64,000 nt of DNA from Gammaproteobacteria bacterium (lineage in GTDB: Bacteria; Pseudomonadota; Gammaproteobacteria; Eutrophobiales; Eutrophobiaceae): the NCBI GenBank assembly GCA_965221695.1, contig OZ244905.1:2432001-2496000 (forward strand), given 5' to 3'. The notes beneath the pieces were generated by a model. It searched no databases, was not told where the DNA came from, and saw only the letters and a list, made by a program, of their open reading frames with translations. The position numbers and the translations under genes were made by a program. Each line of letters begins with the position of its first letter. The stretch's first letter is position 1. Shown here piece after piece: positions 1-10,874 of the stretch.

Positions 1-644
1 CTGCGCTTGCCTTTTGTGTTCTTGATCATATCCAGGAAATTCCTGATGGTGATGCGTTTAATCTCTTCGATCTGGCCCGCCCAGCCTTTGTCCTTGCCCA
101 CAAATACGGTCAGTCCTTCCATCGCCGCGCACATATACAAGGCCATGCGTTCCGTCTCCTTCCTGGTCAGCGTCGGGTTGATCTGCGGGATGAGCTCGTT
201 CAGCGGCAGCCTTGCCTTGGCGTACAGTTCATCCACCAGTTCGGCCACGCGGGGTTCATGATTTCCAAGCGCCCACAGTTCTGGAAAGAAAATGGTGGTT
301 TCCCGGGTGCTCAGGTCATCAATCCAGAATTTCAGCACTGCCAGCAGTTGTTTTTCGGGAGAGCGCCCGGCAACCTGCCGGCGGCTCTCGAATTCCACCA
401 GGTAATCATTGATTACGTATTCCACCAGATCATGCAACAGATCTTCCTTGGTACGGTAGTAATAGTTGAGGTTACCAATGCTGATGCCGGTGCGCGCGGC
501 AACCCTGCGCATTGTAAAGCCGGTATACCCAGCTTCCATGAAAACCTGTCTGGCCGCATCCAGGATGCTGATCAGGCGGGTAATGCCTTTCTCCTGGGTA
601 GCCGTGCCGGACCGGTTCAGGGGTTTGCGTTCTCGTATCAGCAT
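1..644 (-). CDS. TetR/AcrR family transcriptional regulator (3' end runs off the window)
   Basis: Not in the ORF track. Manual translation from ATG 644 gives MLIRERKPLNRSGTATQEKGITRLISILDAARQVFMEAGYTGFTMRRVAARTGISIGNLNYYYRTKEDLL, a classic TetR HTH. The frame stays open to the window edge. Confidence 0.9.
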   Translation of the reverse strand, partial: MLIRERKPLNRSGTATQEKGITRLISILDAARQVFMEAGYTGFTMRRVAARTGISIGNLNYYYRTKEDLLHDLVEYVINDYLVEFESRRQVAGRSPEKQLLAVLKFWIDDLSTRETTIFFPELWALGNHEPRVAELVDELYAKARLPLNELIPQINPTLTRKETERMALYMCAAMEGLTVFVGKDKGWAGQIEEIKRITIRNFLDMIKNTKGKR

Positions 645-708
645 CGGTTTTTGTTCCGCATTTTGCAATTATTCTAAAGCGGCAAGGGTTTTTTCACAAT
701 ATTTTGTA

Positions 709-741
709 TAGGACTATTGACCTATTAAGACATCTGTCCTA
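709..741. promoter_or_regulatory. Tandem imperfect palindromes, putative TetR operators (TAGGACANNTGTCCTA-like)
   Basis: TAGGACTATTGACCTA (709-724) and TAAGACATCTGTCCTA (726-741) lie between divergent tetR and the TonB receptor. Confidence 0.6.
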
Positions 742-808
742 AAATAGCCTGTGTAAGAATGTTCGGGTACAAAATCGTTTCTTCAACAGCTATCCGAGGG
801 GGTATAAA

Positions 809-3199
809 ATGATAAAACGAAGCATGCTCATTCTGGTGACGCTCGCCATTGCCGGGCCGGTCAACGCCCAGGTGCTGGAAGAGATCATCGTCACCGCGCA
901 AAAGCGTGAACAGAATATCCAGGATGTCGGCATCGCCATCACCGCGTTTTCCGGTGACCAGATGCGCCAACTGGGTTATACCAATGCCCAGCAGATCACT
1001 GCGCTGGCGCCCGGCGTGCATACCGTGCAGCCGAACGGCGAAGCGAACTACGCGCTTGCTATTCGCGGGGCGGCCAACAGTGACTTCGTCGCCAACCAGG
1101 AAAGCCCCGTATCACTCTATGTGGATGAGGTGTATATCTCGCAGATGTCCGGCGCCGGGTTCATGCTGTTCGACATGGAGCGGGTGGAGATCCTGCGCGG
1201 GCCGCAGGGCACTTTGTACGGCCGTAACGCTACCGGTGGCCTGGCTCACTTCGTCACCAACAAGCCGGAACAGGAGTTCGGTGGCTACGGACAGGTTACC
1301 GTGGGCGAATATGACCAGGTGAAATTCCAGGGCGCAGTCACCGGCGCGCTGACAGAGGGGCTGTCCGCCCGGCTGTCCGTGTCCACCCACCACAATAGCG
1401 GTTACGTGGAAAACCGCCTGGACCCGGGCGATGACCTGAACAATGCCAATGACTATGCCGGCAGGATGCAACTCCTGTTTGAGCCGAACGAAGATTTTTC
1501 CCTGCTGTTGAACGCCCGCTATTCGCTGCAGGAGATCCGCACCGGTTTCTTTGAGAATGTCAGCGGCTCGTTGGATGCAGCGGGCAACGGCGTTAAGGAA
1601 GACAATTGTGCGCTGTACACAAACTTCAACGGCTATTGCGATGACGACGGCGACAACTTCGCCGGCGACTACGACAAGCTTGGCCACAATGACCTGGAAA
1701 CCTACGGGTTTACCGGTACCCTGAAATGGCAACTGGGCGACAACCTGCTAACCGTGATTATGGATCGCCAGGGAGTGGAACGCGACTATATTGAAGATTC
1801 AGACGCCAGCCCCCATGCCGATTTCAACTTTTTTCTCAATACGGACGCTGAGCAGTGGTCCACCGAGATCCGCCTGGACGGTGAAACCGACTCGCTGCGC
1901 TGGGTAGCCGGATTTTATTACCTGGATATCGATATTGCCGACGCCAACGGCGCGGAGATACCTGGGCTGGGTACGGACAGCGCCGGCACGGGCGGCAATC
2001 CTATCGGTGTCGGGACTTTTGAGAGTTTCGGCTTCGATCCCGTCAGCGCCTTTCTGGCGGCAGGACTTTTTGGTCTGTCCGGCCCGGCGCTGGGGCTGCC
2101 CGACCCGGCTGATGCGTATGTCGGTGTTGACAATCCGTACCGGCAACAAAAGGATTCCTGGTCGCTGTTCGGCCAATTGGAGTATGAACTCAACGACCAG
2201 TTTACGATCATTGGCGGTTTTCGCTGGATTGACGAGAATGTCGATTTCCATTACCAGAGTAACGTAGTCTGGTTCCCCAATGACGGCAGCGTGGAACGCA
2301 ATGGCAACCCGAATATTGCCGTTCCAACCGGAGGGTTTATTGAAATTCTGGGCTATCCGCCCTTGGATAGACTGGATTACACCGGCGCCTACGATGAAGG
2401 TTTGTGGTCGGCCAAGGTGGAACTGGACTGGCGGCCGAATGATAACCTGCTGGCTTACGCGAGCTGGAACAGGGGCGTGAAAGGTGGTGGTTTCAATGCG
2501 CCGTTGAATCCCTTGCTGGTATTGGCGCAACCGGAAGGTGTCTTATCCTCTCAGGATGAATTTGACGCGCAATTCTCTTTCGGTGAAGAAGAGTTGAATG
2601 CCTTCGAGATAGGCTTCAAGTCAACCCTGATGGATGGCCTGGCGCGGCTCAACGCTTCCGCCTATTACAATGATTACAAGGATTTTCAGGCATTCACTAT
2701 CGTCAGCCTGGCGACCAACGTGGTCAGCGCGCCGGACGCAGAGAGTATCGGTTTTGAAACCGAATTGTTCCTCACCCCGACCCAGGGCCTGGATGTTGCT
2801 TTCGGTCTTTCCTATAACGACATGGATGTGACCCTGGCCGACGGCAGCAAAACCACATCCATCCAATCGCCGAAATGGAATGTGAACGGGCTGGTTCGTT
2901 ATGAGTGGTCCGCATTCAACGGTTCGATGGCCATACAGGGAGACATCCACTATCGCTCGAAGCACCACCATTCCGTAACGCGGGCGGATGCGGTGACCGA
3001 AAACGGTTATCATGTCGCCAATGCCCGTCTTTCCTGGTCAAGCGCGGATGATAAATGGGAAGTCGCCGTATTTGCCGAGAACATCACTGATGAGAATTAC
3101 GTGGTGCAGTCTTTCGACATCGCCGCAGTGCTTGGCTGGATCGAGGAATACTACGGTCGCCCGCGCTGGGTGGGAGGCAGTATCGCGTATAATTTCTAG
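809..3199 (+). CDS. TonB-dependent outer-membrane receptor
   Basis: Signal peptide, TonB box LEEIIVTAQKRE, plug motif RVEILRGPQGTLYGRNATGG, C-terminal Phe; SD GAGGGGG. Confidence 0.95.
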   Translation: MIKRSMLILVTLAIAGPVNAQVLEEIIVTAQKREQNIQDVGIAITAFSGDQMRQLGYTNAQQITALAPGVHTVQPNGEANYALAIRGAANSDFVANQESPVSLYVDEVYISQMSGAGFMLFDMERVEILRGPQGTLYGRNATGGLAHFVTNKPEQEFGGYGQVTVGEYDQVKFQGAVTGALTEGLSARLSVSTHHNSGYVENRLDPGDDLNNANDYAGRMQLLFEPNEDFSLLLNARYSLQEIRTGFFENVSGSLDAAGNGVKEDNCALYTNFNGYCDDDGDNFAGDYDKLGHNDLETYGFTGTLKWQLGDNLLTVIMDRQGVERDYIEDSDASPHADFNFFLNTDAEQWSTEIRLDGETDSLRWVAGFYYLDIDIADANGAEIPGLGTDSAGTGGNPIGVGTFESFGFDPVSAFLAAGLFGLSGPALGLPDPADAYVGVDNPYRQQKDSWSLFGQLEYELNDQFTIIGGFRWIDENVDFHYQSNVVWFPNDGSVERNGNPNIAVPTGGFIEILGYPPLDRLDYTGAYDEGLWSAKVELDWRPNDNLLAYASWNRGVKGGGFNAPLNPLLVLAQPEGVLSSQDEFDAQFSFGEEELNAFEIGFKSTLMDGLARLNASAYYNDYKDFQAFTIVSLATNVVSAPDAESIGFETELFLTPTQGLDVAFGLSYNDMDVTLADGSKTTSIQSPKWNVNGLVRYEWSAFNGSMAIQGDIHYRSKHHHSVTRADAVTENGYHVANARLSWSSADDKWEVAVFAENITDENYVVQSFDIAAVLGWIEEYYGRPRWVGGSIAYNF

Positions 3200-3237
3200 G
3201 ATAAACTGATTTTCCTGGAAAACATGGGGAGGCAGCA

Positions 3238-4386
3238 ATGAAACGCGCAATATTCGGCTTGATGTTCGGGTTCATGTATGTGGCGGCGCAGGCGGAATTG
3301 CCGGTGGATACGATTCCGAAAGTGGAGACTTTGCCGGCAAGTTATCCGGACACCTGGGTGTACGCCCACGACACCAACTTTTTCTCGTTGAGTGACGCTA
3401 AAGTGGTCCTGGTCGATGTCGCAGCAGAGAACCGCCATTACAAGGGATCCATCCCCTCATCCCATTTTCCGTCGTTTCTCGCCGCAACCACGAGACCGGA
3501 AGTGTATGTTGCCGAGTCCGTGTACTCCCGGCGCCTGCGCGGAGAGAAGACAGACCTGATCACCATCTACGACAAGGTCAACCTGGCGCCGATTGCCGAG
3601 GTGGTTCTGCCCGGAGCCAAGCGCGGCATGATCGTCACCCACAAGAACACGCTGCAGTTCCTGGACAATGAAAAACTGCTGCTGGTGTACAATTTCACGC
3701 CTGCCACTTCCGTGAGCGTCGTGGATATCGAGCAACGCGCCTTTCTCGGAGAGGTTTTCATCGGCGGTTGTACGATGATCTATCCGTCGAAACAGCGCAG
3801 CTTCGGCAGCCTGTGCGGCGATAACAGCATGATGGTCACCCACCTGGACAATAAGGGAGAGATCTCGAAACAGGCGCGCACGCCTGCCTTTTTCGATGCC
3901 GACACTGACCCTATTTTCGCCAAACCAGCGGTCATAGACGGGGTGTATTATTTTCCCTCGTTCAAGGGCATGGTGCATCCGGTCGATATGAACGCAGCCG
4001 ACCCCGAAATGCAGGACGCCTGGTCTTTGCTTAAGGAACCGGACCGGCAGGCAAACTGGCGCCCCGGCGGCTGGCAGATTGCCACTGCCCATGAGGATAG
4101 CGGCCGTCTGTTTATGCTCATGCACCCTGATGGTGAAAACGGCTCCCATAAAGGCGGCGGCAGCGAGGTCTGGGTGTACGACGTGGATGCGAAACAGCGC
4201 GTTGCCCGCATCAGTCTGAAAGAATGGGGTGTTTCCATTGAAGTGACCCAGGGTGAGCAGCCTTACCTGGCTGTGACCAACGGCAATATGGACCTGGACG
4301 TTTATGCTGCGGACACGGGCGAATGGTTGCGTTTCATCGGCGGCCGGGCATTTGAGACGCCATTTATTCTGCATGCGTCTAAATAA
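3238..4386 (+). CDS. Amine dehydrogenase large (beta-propeller) subunit, MauB/AauB family
   Basis: Signal peptide; motifs YVAESVYSR, VYNFTPATSVSVVD, WRPGGWQ, HKGGGSEVWVYD; adjacent to a TTQ small subunit. Confidence 0.9.
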   Translation: MKRAIFGLMFGFMYVAAQAELPVDTIPKVETLPASYPDTWVYAHDTNFFSLSDAKVVLVDVAAENRHYKGSIPSSHFPSFLAATTRPEVYVAESVYSRRLRGEKTDLITIYDKVNLAPIAEVVLPGAKRGMIVTHKNTLQFLDNEKLLLVYNFTPATSVSVVDIEQRAFLGEVFIGGCTMIYPSKQRSFGSLCGDNSMMVTHLDNKGEISKQARTPAFFDADTDPIFAKPAVIDGVYYFPSFKGMVHPVDMNAADPEMQDAWSLLKEPDRQANWRPGGWQIATAHEDSGRLFMLMHPDGENGSHKGGGSEVWVYDVDAKQRVARISLKEWGVSIEVTQGEQPYLAVTNGNMDLDVYAADTGEWLRFIGGRAFETPFILHASK

Positions 4387-4495
4387 CGATTCGGTTATTG
4401 GAGATACCAGCCCGCATTTCTCACCAGGTCGCTTGTTGCTAACGGAAACATAATCGCTTTGAAATTGCGGGCCAAGAGCATAGAGAGATACAGTC

Positions 4496-5056
4496 ATGTA
4501 CTGGTTGGATAAGTTAACTGAAAAATTTTCCCGAAAGGTCGCTAACAGCACCTCTAGACGGCACCTGTTAAAACGCATAGGACTGACCCTGGCCGGCAGC
4601 GCGGCCGTACCGCTGTTGCCCGTTGCCCGGGCCGCGGACACCGGCGGCGGCAGCGGCTATCACGGCGTCGCGCCGCAAACTAGCAGCAACCCGGACGCCG
4701 ACCCGGGCGATCCGGCATCCTGCGACTACTGGCGCTATTGCGCCATCGACGGCTTCCTCTGCAGTTGCTGCGGCGGCACCCACAATTCCTGCCCCCCCGG
4801 CACCAGCATGAACCCGATGACCTGGATCGGCACCTGCAGGAACCCGGCCGACAACCTGAACTACATCATTTCCTACAACGACTGCTGCGGCAAGACCTCC
4901 TGCAGCCGTTGCCTCTGCAATAACAACGTGAACGACACGCCTCCCTACCGCGCCTTTTCCAACAACGACATCAACTGGTGCCTTGGCATGGAGAACAGCA
5001 CCATTTATCACTGCTCCACGGCCATTATCCTGGGTGTGGCGACGGGGGAAAACTGA
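4496..5056 (+). CDS. Amine dehydrogenase small TTQ subunit, MauA/AauA family (closer to the aromatic amine dehydrogenase pattern)
   Basis: Tat signal SRRHLLK; CDYWRYCAIDGFLCSCCGG...CPPG; both TTQ tryptophans (TWIGTC, INWCLG); YNDCCG. Confidence 0.93.
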   Translation: MYWLDKLTEKFSRKVANSTSRRHLLKRIGLTLAGSAAVPLLPVARAADTGGGSGYHGVAPQTSSNPDADPGDPASCDYWRYCAIDGFLCSCCGGTHNSCPPGTSMNPMTWIGTCRNPADNLNYIISYNDCCGKTSCSRCLCNNNVNDTPPYRAFSNNDINWCLGMENSTIYHCSTAIILGVATGEN

Positions 5057-5129
5057 CCTGACTGTTAACTTTTCTTAGTCGGGGAATTGAAAATCCGAAT
5101 TTTTCCGTTATCGTAGGGTCAGGGAGAAG

Positions 5130-6305
5130 ATGATGATAAATTCCGATTATCCTGGCTTGAGCTTCAACCTTGGCGATACCGCGCAGATGCTGCGTGAATC
5201 CGTGCATGATTTTGCACAAGCGGAAATTGCGCCGCTGGCTGATGAAATAGACAGGTCCAACGAGTTTCCTGCACAGCTCTGGGGCAAGCTGGGTGATATG
5301 GGTTTGCTGGGTATTACCGTCGAAGAGGAGTATGGCGGCGCGGCGATGGGCTATCTCGAACATGTGCTTGCCATGGAAGAAATCAGCCGGGCTTCCGCTT
5401 CAGTGGGCTTGTCTTACGGCGCGCATTCCAACCTGTGCGTTAACCAGATACGCCGTAACGGCAATGCGCGGCAAAAAAGCAAATACCTGCCCGGACTGAT
5501 CAGCGGCGAGCGCCCCGGTGCGTTGGCCATGTCGGAGACCGGCGCCGGGTCGGATGTCGTGGGTATGCGCCTGCGCGCGGACAAACAGGGCGACCGGTAC
5601 CTGCTCAACGGCAGCAAGATGTGGATCACCAACGGGCCGGATGCGCGGGTGCTGGTGGTTTACGCCAAGACAGACCCAGACGCAGGTCCGCGCGGCATCA
5701 CCGCGTTTATCATAGAAAACGATTTCCCGGGTTTCTCCACCGCGCAGAAGCTGGACAAGCTGGGCATGCGCGGCTCCAACACTTGCGAGCTGGTTTTTGA
5801 AGACTGTGAAGTGCCTGAAGAAAATGTCCTGGGCAAGGTCAACGAAGGAGCCAGGGTGTTGATGAGTGGCCTGGATTACGAGCGCGCCGTGCTCGCGGGA
5901 GGGCCACTGGGCATCATGCAATCCTGCCTGGATGTGGTTATCCCCTATATTCACGAGCGCAAACAATTTGGCCGGTCCATCGGAGAGTTTCAACTCATGC
6001 AGGGGAAAATCGCCGACATGTACACCACCATGAATGCGTGCCGGGCCTATGTCTACGCGGTTGCCTCTGCCTGTGACCGCGGGGAGACGACCCGCAAGGA
6101 TGCCGCCGGCGCTATCCTGTATGCGGCGGAGAAGGCCACCTGGATGGCCCTGGAAGGTATTCAGGCCCTGGGTGGCAACGGTTACATCAATGAATTTCCC
6201 ACCGGCCGCCTGCTGCGCGATGCCAAGCTGTACGAGATCGGCGCCGGCACCAGTGAGATCCGGCGTATGCTGATCGGGCGCGAGCTGTTCGAGGAATCCG
6301 CTTGA
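5130..6305 (+). CDS. liuA: Isovaleryl-CoA dehydrogenase
   Basis: Acyl-CoA dehydrogenase motifs [40 protein letters not shown]; liu context. Confidence 0.93.
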   Translation: MMINSDYPGLSFNLGDTAQMLRESVHDFAQAEIAPLADEIDRSNEFPAQLWGKLGDMGLLGITVEEEYGGAAMGYLEHVLAMEEISRASASVGLSYGAHSNLCVNQIRRNGNARQKSKYLPGLISGERPGALAMSETGAGSDVVGMRLRADKQGDRYLLNGSKMWITNGPDARVLVVYAKTDPDAGPRGITAFIIENDFPGFSTAQKLDKLGMRGSNTCELVFEDCEVPEENVLGKVNEGARVLMSGLDYERAVLAGGPLGIMQSCLDVVIPYIHERKQFGRSIGEFQLMQGKIADMYTTMNACRAYVYAVASACDRGETTRKDAAGAILYAAEKATWMALEGIQALGGNGYINEFPTGRLLRDAKLYEIGAGTSEIRRMLIGRELFEESA

Positions 6306-6410
6306 TCGGAAGCTTGCAGAGAACACAGAAAAAACAGGAAGAATATATTGCCGAAGCGCTTGCAATATGTTGTTCAAAGCCTGCTATGTGCGCAGCGGCA
6401 ACAATAATCT

Positions 6411-8009
6411 ATGACCCTGATAAAGACAGCGATTAATCCCCAGTCGGAGGAATTCAAGACCAACTCCGCAGCTATGCGCGCCCTGGTCGATGACCTGAGC
6501 GAGAAGGTTGGTATCGTTGCCCGGGGCGGGGATGAAAAAGCCCGGGAGAAACACCAGTCGCGGGGCAAACTGCTGGCGCGCGATCGTATAACACATCTGT
6601 GCGATCCGGGTTCGCGTTTCCTGGAGTTGTCCCAGCTCGCCGCTTGGGACATGTATGACAATGCCGTGCCGGCGGCGGGGATCATCACCGGCATCGGGCG
6701 CGTGGCCGGGCGCGAGTGCGTGATTGTCGCGAACGATGCTACCGTCAAGGGAGGAACGTATTACCCGATGACGGTGAAGAAACACCTGCGCGCCCAGGAA
6801 ATTGCGGGTATGAACCGCTTGCCATGCATCTACCTGGTGGATTCCGGTGGCGCGTTTTTGCCGAAACAGGATGAAGTATTCCCGGACCGGGATCATTTTG
6901 GCCGCATTTTCTACAATCAAGCAAACCTGTCGGCTAAGGCCATCCCCCAACTTGCTGTGGTCATGGGGTCTTGCACCGCGGGCGGCGCTTATGTGCCGGC
7001 CATGTCCGACGAGAGCATTATCGTCAAAAACCAGGGCACGATATTTCTTGGCGGACCGCCGCTGGTCAAGGCTGCGACGGGGGAAGAAGTGAGCGCGGAG
7101 GACCTGGGCGGCGCCGATGTGCACTCCCGGCGTTCGGGCGTGACCGACCATTATGCGTTGAACGATAAGCATGCCCTGGAACTGGCAAGGCGCTGCGCGA
7201 GCCATTTCAATATGCTCAAACGACATGACCTGCAAACCCGGGAGACGATTGAACCGGCCTATGACATCGAAGAGATCGGCGGCGTGGTACCGGCGGATAC
7301 GCGCAAACCCTTCGAGGTGCGGGAAGTCATTGCCCGCATCGTGGACAGCAGCGAATTTGCCGAATTCAAGCCGTTGTACGGCACAACGCTGGTATGCGGT
7401 TTTGCCCATATTTACGGCTACCCGGTAGGCATCATCGCCAATAACGGCATCCTGTTCTCCGAGTCGGCCCTGAAGGGCGCGCATTTCATCGAGTTATGCA
7501 GTCAGAGACGGATTCCCCTGGTGTTTTTGCAGAACATCACCGGTTTCATGGTAGGGCAAAAGTACGAGGCCGGTGGCATCGCCAAGGACGGCGCCAAGAT
7601 GGTGACCGCAGTGGCCACCACCTCGGTGCCGAAGTTCACCGTCATTATCGGCGGCAGTTTCGGCGCCGGGAATTACGGCATGTGCGGGCGCGCCTACAGC
7701 CCGCGCTTCCTGTGGACCTGGCCCAATGCCCGCATCTCGGTCATGGGCGGCGAACAGGCAGCCAATGTGCTGGCGCAGGTGAAGCTGGACAACCTGAAAA
7801 GCGACTGGCCCGACGCGGAACAGGAATCCTTCAAGGCGACAATACGGCAGCAATACGAAACCCAGGGGCATCCGTATTACGCCAGCGCCCGGCTCTGGGA
7901 TGACGGCATCATCGCGCCGCAGGACACGCGCCGGGTCCTGGGCCTGGGCATCTCCGCGTCCCTGAACGCACCGCTGGAGGAAACCCGGTTCGGGATATTC
8001 CGCATGTAA
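6411..8009 (+). CDS. liuB: 3-methylcrotonyl-CoA carboxylase beta (carboxyltransferase) subunit
   Basis: [26 protein letters not shown], ends FGIFRM. Confidence 0.93.
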   Translation: MTLIKTAINPQSEEFKTNSAAMRALVDDLSEKVGIVARGGDEKAREKHQSRGKLLARDRITHLCDPGSRFLELSQLAAWDMYDNAVPAAGIITGIGRVAGRECVIVANDATVKGGTYYPMTVKKHLRAQEIAGMNRLPCIYLVDSGGAFLPKQDEVFPDRDHFGRIFYNQANLSAKAIPQLAVVMGSCTAGGAYVPAMSDESIIVKNQGTIFLGGPPLVKAATGEEVSAEDLGGADVHSRRSGVTDHYALNDKHALELARRCASHFNMLKRHDLQTRETIEPAYDIEEIGGVVPADTRKPFEVREVIARIVDSSEFAEFKPLYGTTLVCGFAHIYGYPVGIIANNGILFSESALKGAHFIELCSQRRIPLVFLQNITGFMVGQKYEAGGIAKDGAKMVTAVATTSVPKFTVIIGGSFGAGNYGMCGRAYSPRFLWTWPNARISVMGGEQAANVLAQVKLDNLKSDWPDAEQESFKATIRQQYETQGHPYYASARLWDDGIIAPQDTRRVLGLGISASLNAPLEETRFGIFRM

Positions 8010-8026
8010 CCGGGCTGAGTAGTTTT

Positions 8027-8815
8027 ATGACATACACGTATATCACCTGCGATACCGACCCGCGGGGCGTGACCACGATTACCCTGAACCGTCCTGATAA
8101 ACACAATGCCTTCAATGAGGATTTTATTGCGGAGTTGAGCAAAACGCTGGACGAAATCCGCGGCAATCGGGACTGCAGGCTCATGGTGTTACGTTCCAAC
8201 GGCAATAACTTTTCCGCTGGCGCCGACCTGGACTGGATGCGTCGCATGGCCGGTTACACGCGGGACGAAAACGTTCGGGACGCCAATGCCCTGGCAGAGT
8301 TGCTGTACAAGCTTAATTTTCTTCCCGTGCCCACAATCGCCAGGGTACAGGGCGCGGCCATGGGCGGGGGCTGTGGCCTGGTCGCGTGCTGCGATATTGC
8401 GCTGGCCGCGGACGATGCCGTGTTTGCCTTCAGTGAGGTAAAACTTGGCTTGATCCCGGCCACGATCAGTCCGCATGTGTTGCGCGCCATCGGTGAGAAA
8501 CCGGCGCGCCGCTATTTTCAGACAGCAGAACGATTTGGCGCCGAACGCGCCAGGGAACTCGGCCTGGTCTCCGAGGTTATGGAAGAATCCGCACTGGATG
8601 AGGCCGTCGAAAAAACTGCCGGTTTGGTCCTGTCCAACAGTCCCGAAGCGGTGAAGGCGGCGAAGCAATTGGTGTTCGACGTTGCCGGCAAGCCGATAAC
8701 CCCGGAACTCATGCGGCAGACCAGTGAGAGCATCGCCGGCATACGCGCCTCGGAAGAAGGCAAGGAGGGCTTGTCCGCGTTCCTGGAGAAGCGCAAGCCC
8801 GCGTGGTTGAAGTGA
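8027..8815 (+). CDS. liuC: Methylglutaconyl-CoA hydratase (crotonase family)
   Basis: FSAGADLDWM, SEVKLGLIPATISP; position between liuB and liuD. Confidence 0.85.
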   Translation: MTYTYITCDTDPRGVTTITLNRPDKHNAFNEDFIAELSKTLDEIRGNRDCRLMVLRSNGNNFSAGADLDWMRRMAGYTRDENVRDANALAELLYKLNFLPVPTIARVQGAAMGGGCGLVACCDIALAADDAVFAFSEVKLGLIPATISPHVLRAIGEKPARRYFQTAERFGAERARELGLVSEVMEESALDEAVEKTAGLVLSNSPEAVKAAKQLVFDVAGKPITPELMRQTSESIAGIRASEEGKEGLSAFLEKRKPAWLK

Positions 8816-8858
8816 TTACAATTTAACATGGATTTACAGGATGCACAGGATTGGAACG

Positions 8859-10874
8859 ATGTTTAAGAAAATATTGATCGCCAACCGCGGTGAAATCGCC
8901 TGCCGCATTATCCATACGGCAAAACGCTTGGGTGTCAGGACGGTCGCGGTCTATTCTGAAGCAGACGTCAATGCGCGCCATGTGAGTCTGGCCGATGAAA
9001 CTGTCGCCATCGGGCCAGCGCCTGCCCGGGACAGTTACCTGGTAGTGGAAAAACTGGTTGGCGCGGCTGAACGTACCGGCGCGCAAGCAATCCATCCGGG
9101 TTACGGTTTCCTCTCGGAAAATGCCGGTTTTGCCGAAGCCTGTGCTGGCGCCGGTATCACCTTCATCGGTCCGTCGCCCCGGGCAATCGACGCCATGGGT
9201 TCAAAAAGCGCGGCCAAAACCATCATGCAGCAAGCCGGTATTCCCCTTGTTCCCGGCTACCACGGCGATAACCAGGATGCGGCGTTGTTGCTCAGCGAAG
9301 CGGAACAAATCGGTTTTCCAATCATGCTCAAGGCATCGGCGGGTGGCGGTGGCAGAGGCATGCGGGTAGTCAACAGCGCTGCGGATTTCAGCGAAGCGCT
9401 GCGTTCGGCAAAGCGGGAATCGCTGGGCGCGTTCAATGACGACAGGATGCTGCTGGAAAAATACCTGGAACAACCCCGGCATATCGAGATACAGATCTTC
9501 TGCGACCAACAAGGCAACGCCGTACACCTGTTTGAACGGGACTGCTCGGTTCAGCGGCGTCACCAGAAACTGTTGGAAGAAGCCCCGGCGCCGGGCATGA
9601 TGGATGAAACGCGTAACGTAATGGGCGCAGCCGCAATCAAGGCCGCCCGCGCCATTGATTACACCGGCGCCGGCACGGTCGAATTCATCGTGGATAGTGG
9701 CGGCAAATTCTATTTCATGGAGATGAACACCCGCCTGCAGGTCGAACACCCGGTAACCGAATTGATCACCGGCCTGGACCTGGTCGAATGGCAGTTGCGG
9801 GTCGCCGCCGGTGAACCGCTGCCGGTGAACCAGGAACAACTTGCCATTAACGGTCATGCGTTGGAGGCGCGAATCTATGCTGAGGACCCGAAGAACGGTT
9901 TCCTGCCGTCCACCGGCAGCTTGAACTACCTGCGATTCCCGCCGGAATCACCCCAACTCCGTGTGGATACCGGTGTGCGCCAGGGAGACACTGTCTCGAT
10001 TCACTACGACTCGCTGTTGGCGAAGCTGATCGTGTTGGGCCAAGACCGCAGCGACTGTCTGCGGCGTATGTTGGAGGCGCTGAGCCGGACCCGGGTGGTC
10101 GGGGTGGCAACCAATGTGGATTTTCTCAACTCGATCATCTCACACCAGGCGTTCCAGTCCGCACAGTTCGACACCGGATTTATTGATCGCCACCATACCG
10201 AATTGATACCGGACAGGGCGCCAGTCAGCGCTGATATCCTTGCCCTGGCCGCGCTGTACCAGGCCTTGGCGCGTACCACCCGAGCCCGCGAAAAAGCGAA
10301 AACCTCAGACGACCCGACATCGCCTTGGTGGGTCAACGACAACTGGCGGCCCAACCTGGTTGAGGAACAGCGTTTCCATTTCCATGACGGCATTGAGGAG
10401 CATGAAGTGGGGGTCACCGACTCAGGCAACAGGCGTGAGCATTCGCAGCATAATTACCTTATCCGTGCCGGCGGGCAGGTCATGCAGGCATCCGGCTGGC
10501 TGGAGACGGACAACGGGTTGGTAGCCATTCTGGATACGACACGGCGACGCGTGGAAGTGATTGCAGATGATAAAGAGCTGACTGTTTTTGACTCCAACGC
10601 TACCTACCGTTTGCAGCCAATCCTCGATACCGATCATTCAACCGAAGAGGAAACAACCGGCAGCCTCATCGCTCCGATGCCAGGCACGATCATCGAAGTG
10701 ATGGCAAGCGTGGGACAACAGGTCAGCAAAGGTGACGCGTTGCTGATTCTGGAAGCCATGAAGATTGAGCACACAATTATTGCGCCACATGACGGCACAG
10801 TGCAGACCTTGCGCTACCTGGCGGGTGACAAGGTGGAGGAAGGAGTGGAATTATTGGCGCTGGTTGATATGTAA
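8859..10874 (+). CDS. liuD: 3-methylcrotonyl-CoA carboxylase alpha (biotin carboxylase + BCCP) subunit
   Basis: MFKKILIANRGEIA (start 8859 preferred over 8841), EMNTRLQVEHPVTE, biotin site EAMKIE. Confidence 0.92.
   Translation: MFKKILIANRGEIACRIIHTAKRLGVRTVAVYSEADVNARHVSLADETVAIGPAPARDSYLVVEKLVGAAERTGAQAIHPGYGFLSENAGFAEACAGAGITFIGPSPRAIDAMGSKSAAKTIMQQAGIPLVPGYHGDNQDAALLLSEAEQIGFPIMLKASAGGGGRGMRVVNSAADFSEALRSAKRESLGAFNDDRMLLEKYLEQPRHIEIQIFCDQQGNAVHLFERDCSVQRRHQKLLEEAPAPGMMDETRNVMGAAAIKAARAIDYTGAGTVEFIVDSGGKFYFMEMNTRLQVEHPVTELITGLDLVEWQLRVAAGEPLPVNQEQLAINGHALEARIYAEDPKNGFLPSTGSLNYLRFPPESPQLRVDTGVRQGDTVSIHYDSLLAKLIVLGQDRSDCLRRMLEALSRTRVVGVATNVDFLNSIISHQAFQSAQFDTGFIDRHHTELIPDRAPVSADILALAALYQALARTTRAREKAKTSDDPTSPWWVNDNWRPNLVEEQRFHFHDGIEEHEVGVTDSGNRREHSQHNYLIRAGGQVMQASGWLETDNGLVAILDTTRRRVEVIADDKELTVFDSNATYRLQPILDTDHSTEEETTGSLIAPMPGTIIEVMASVGQQVSKGDALLILEAMKIEHTIIAPHDGTVQTLRYLAGDKVEEGVELLALVDM

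Noticed and set aside
3238-5056. Methylotrophy (true methylamine dehydrogenase)
   Set aside because: The small subunit pattern (DGFLCSCCGG, WIGTC) is AADH-like, and no mauF/E/D/C/G or C1 genes are present.
8826-8851. Short ACAGGAT-type tandem repeats (similar at ~62661-62679; CAGA-rich run at ~6317-6340)
   Set aside because: Only 2-3 degenerate units; too little to support an element call.
10753-10770. Biotinylation motif AMKI instead of AMKM in liuD
   Set aside because: Conservative single substitution; the lysine and its context are intact.
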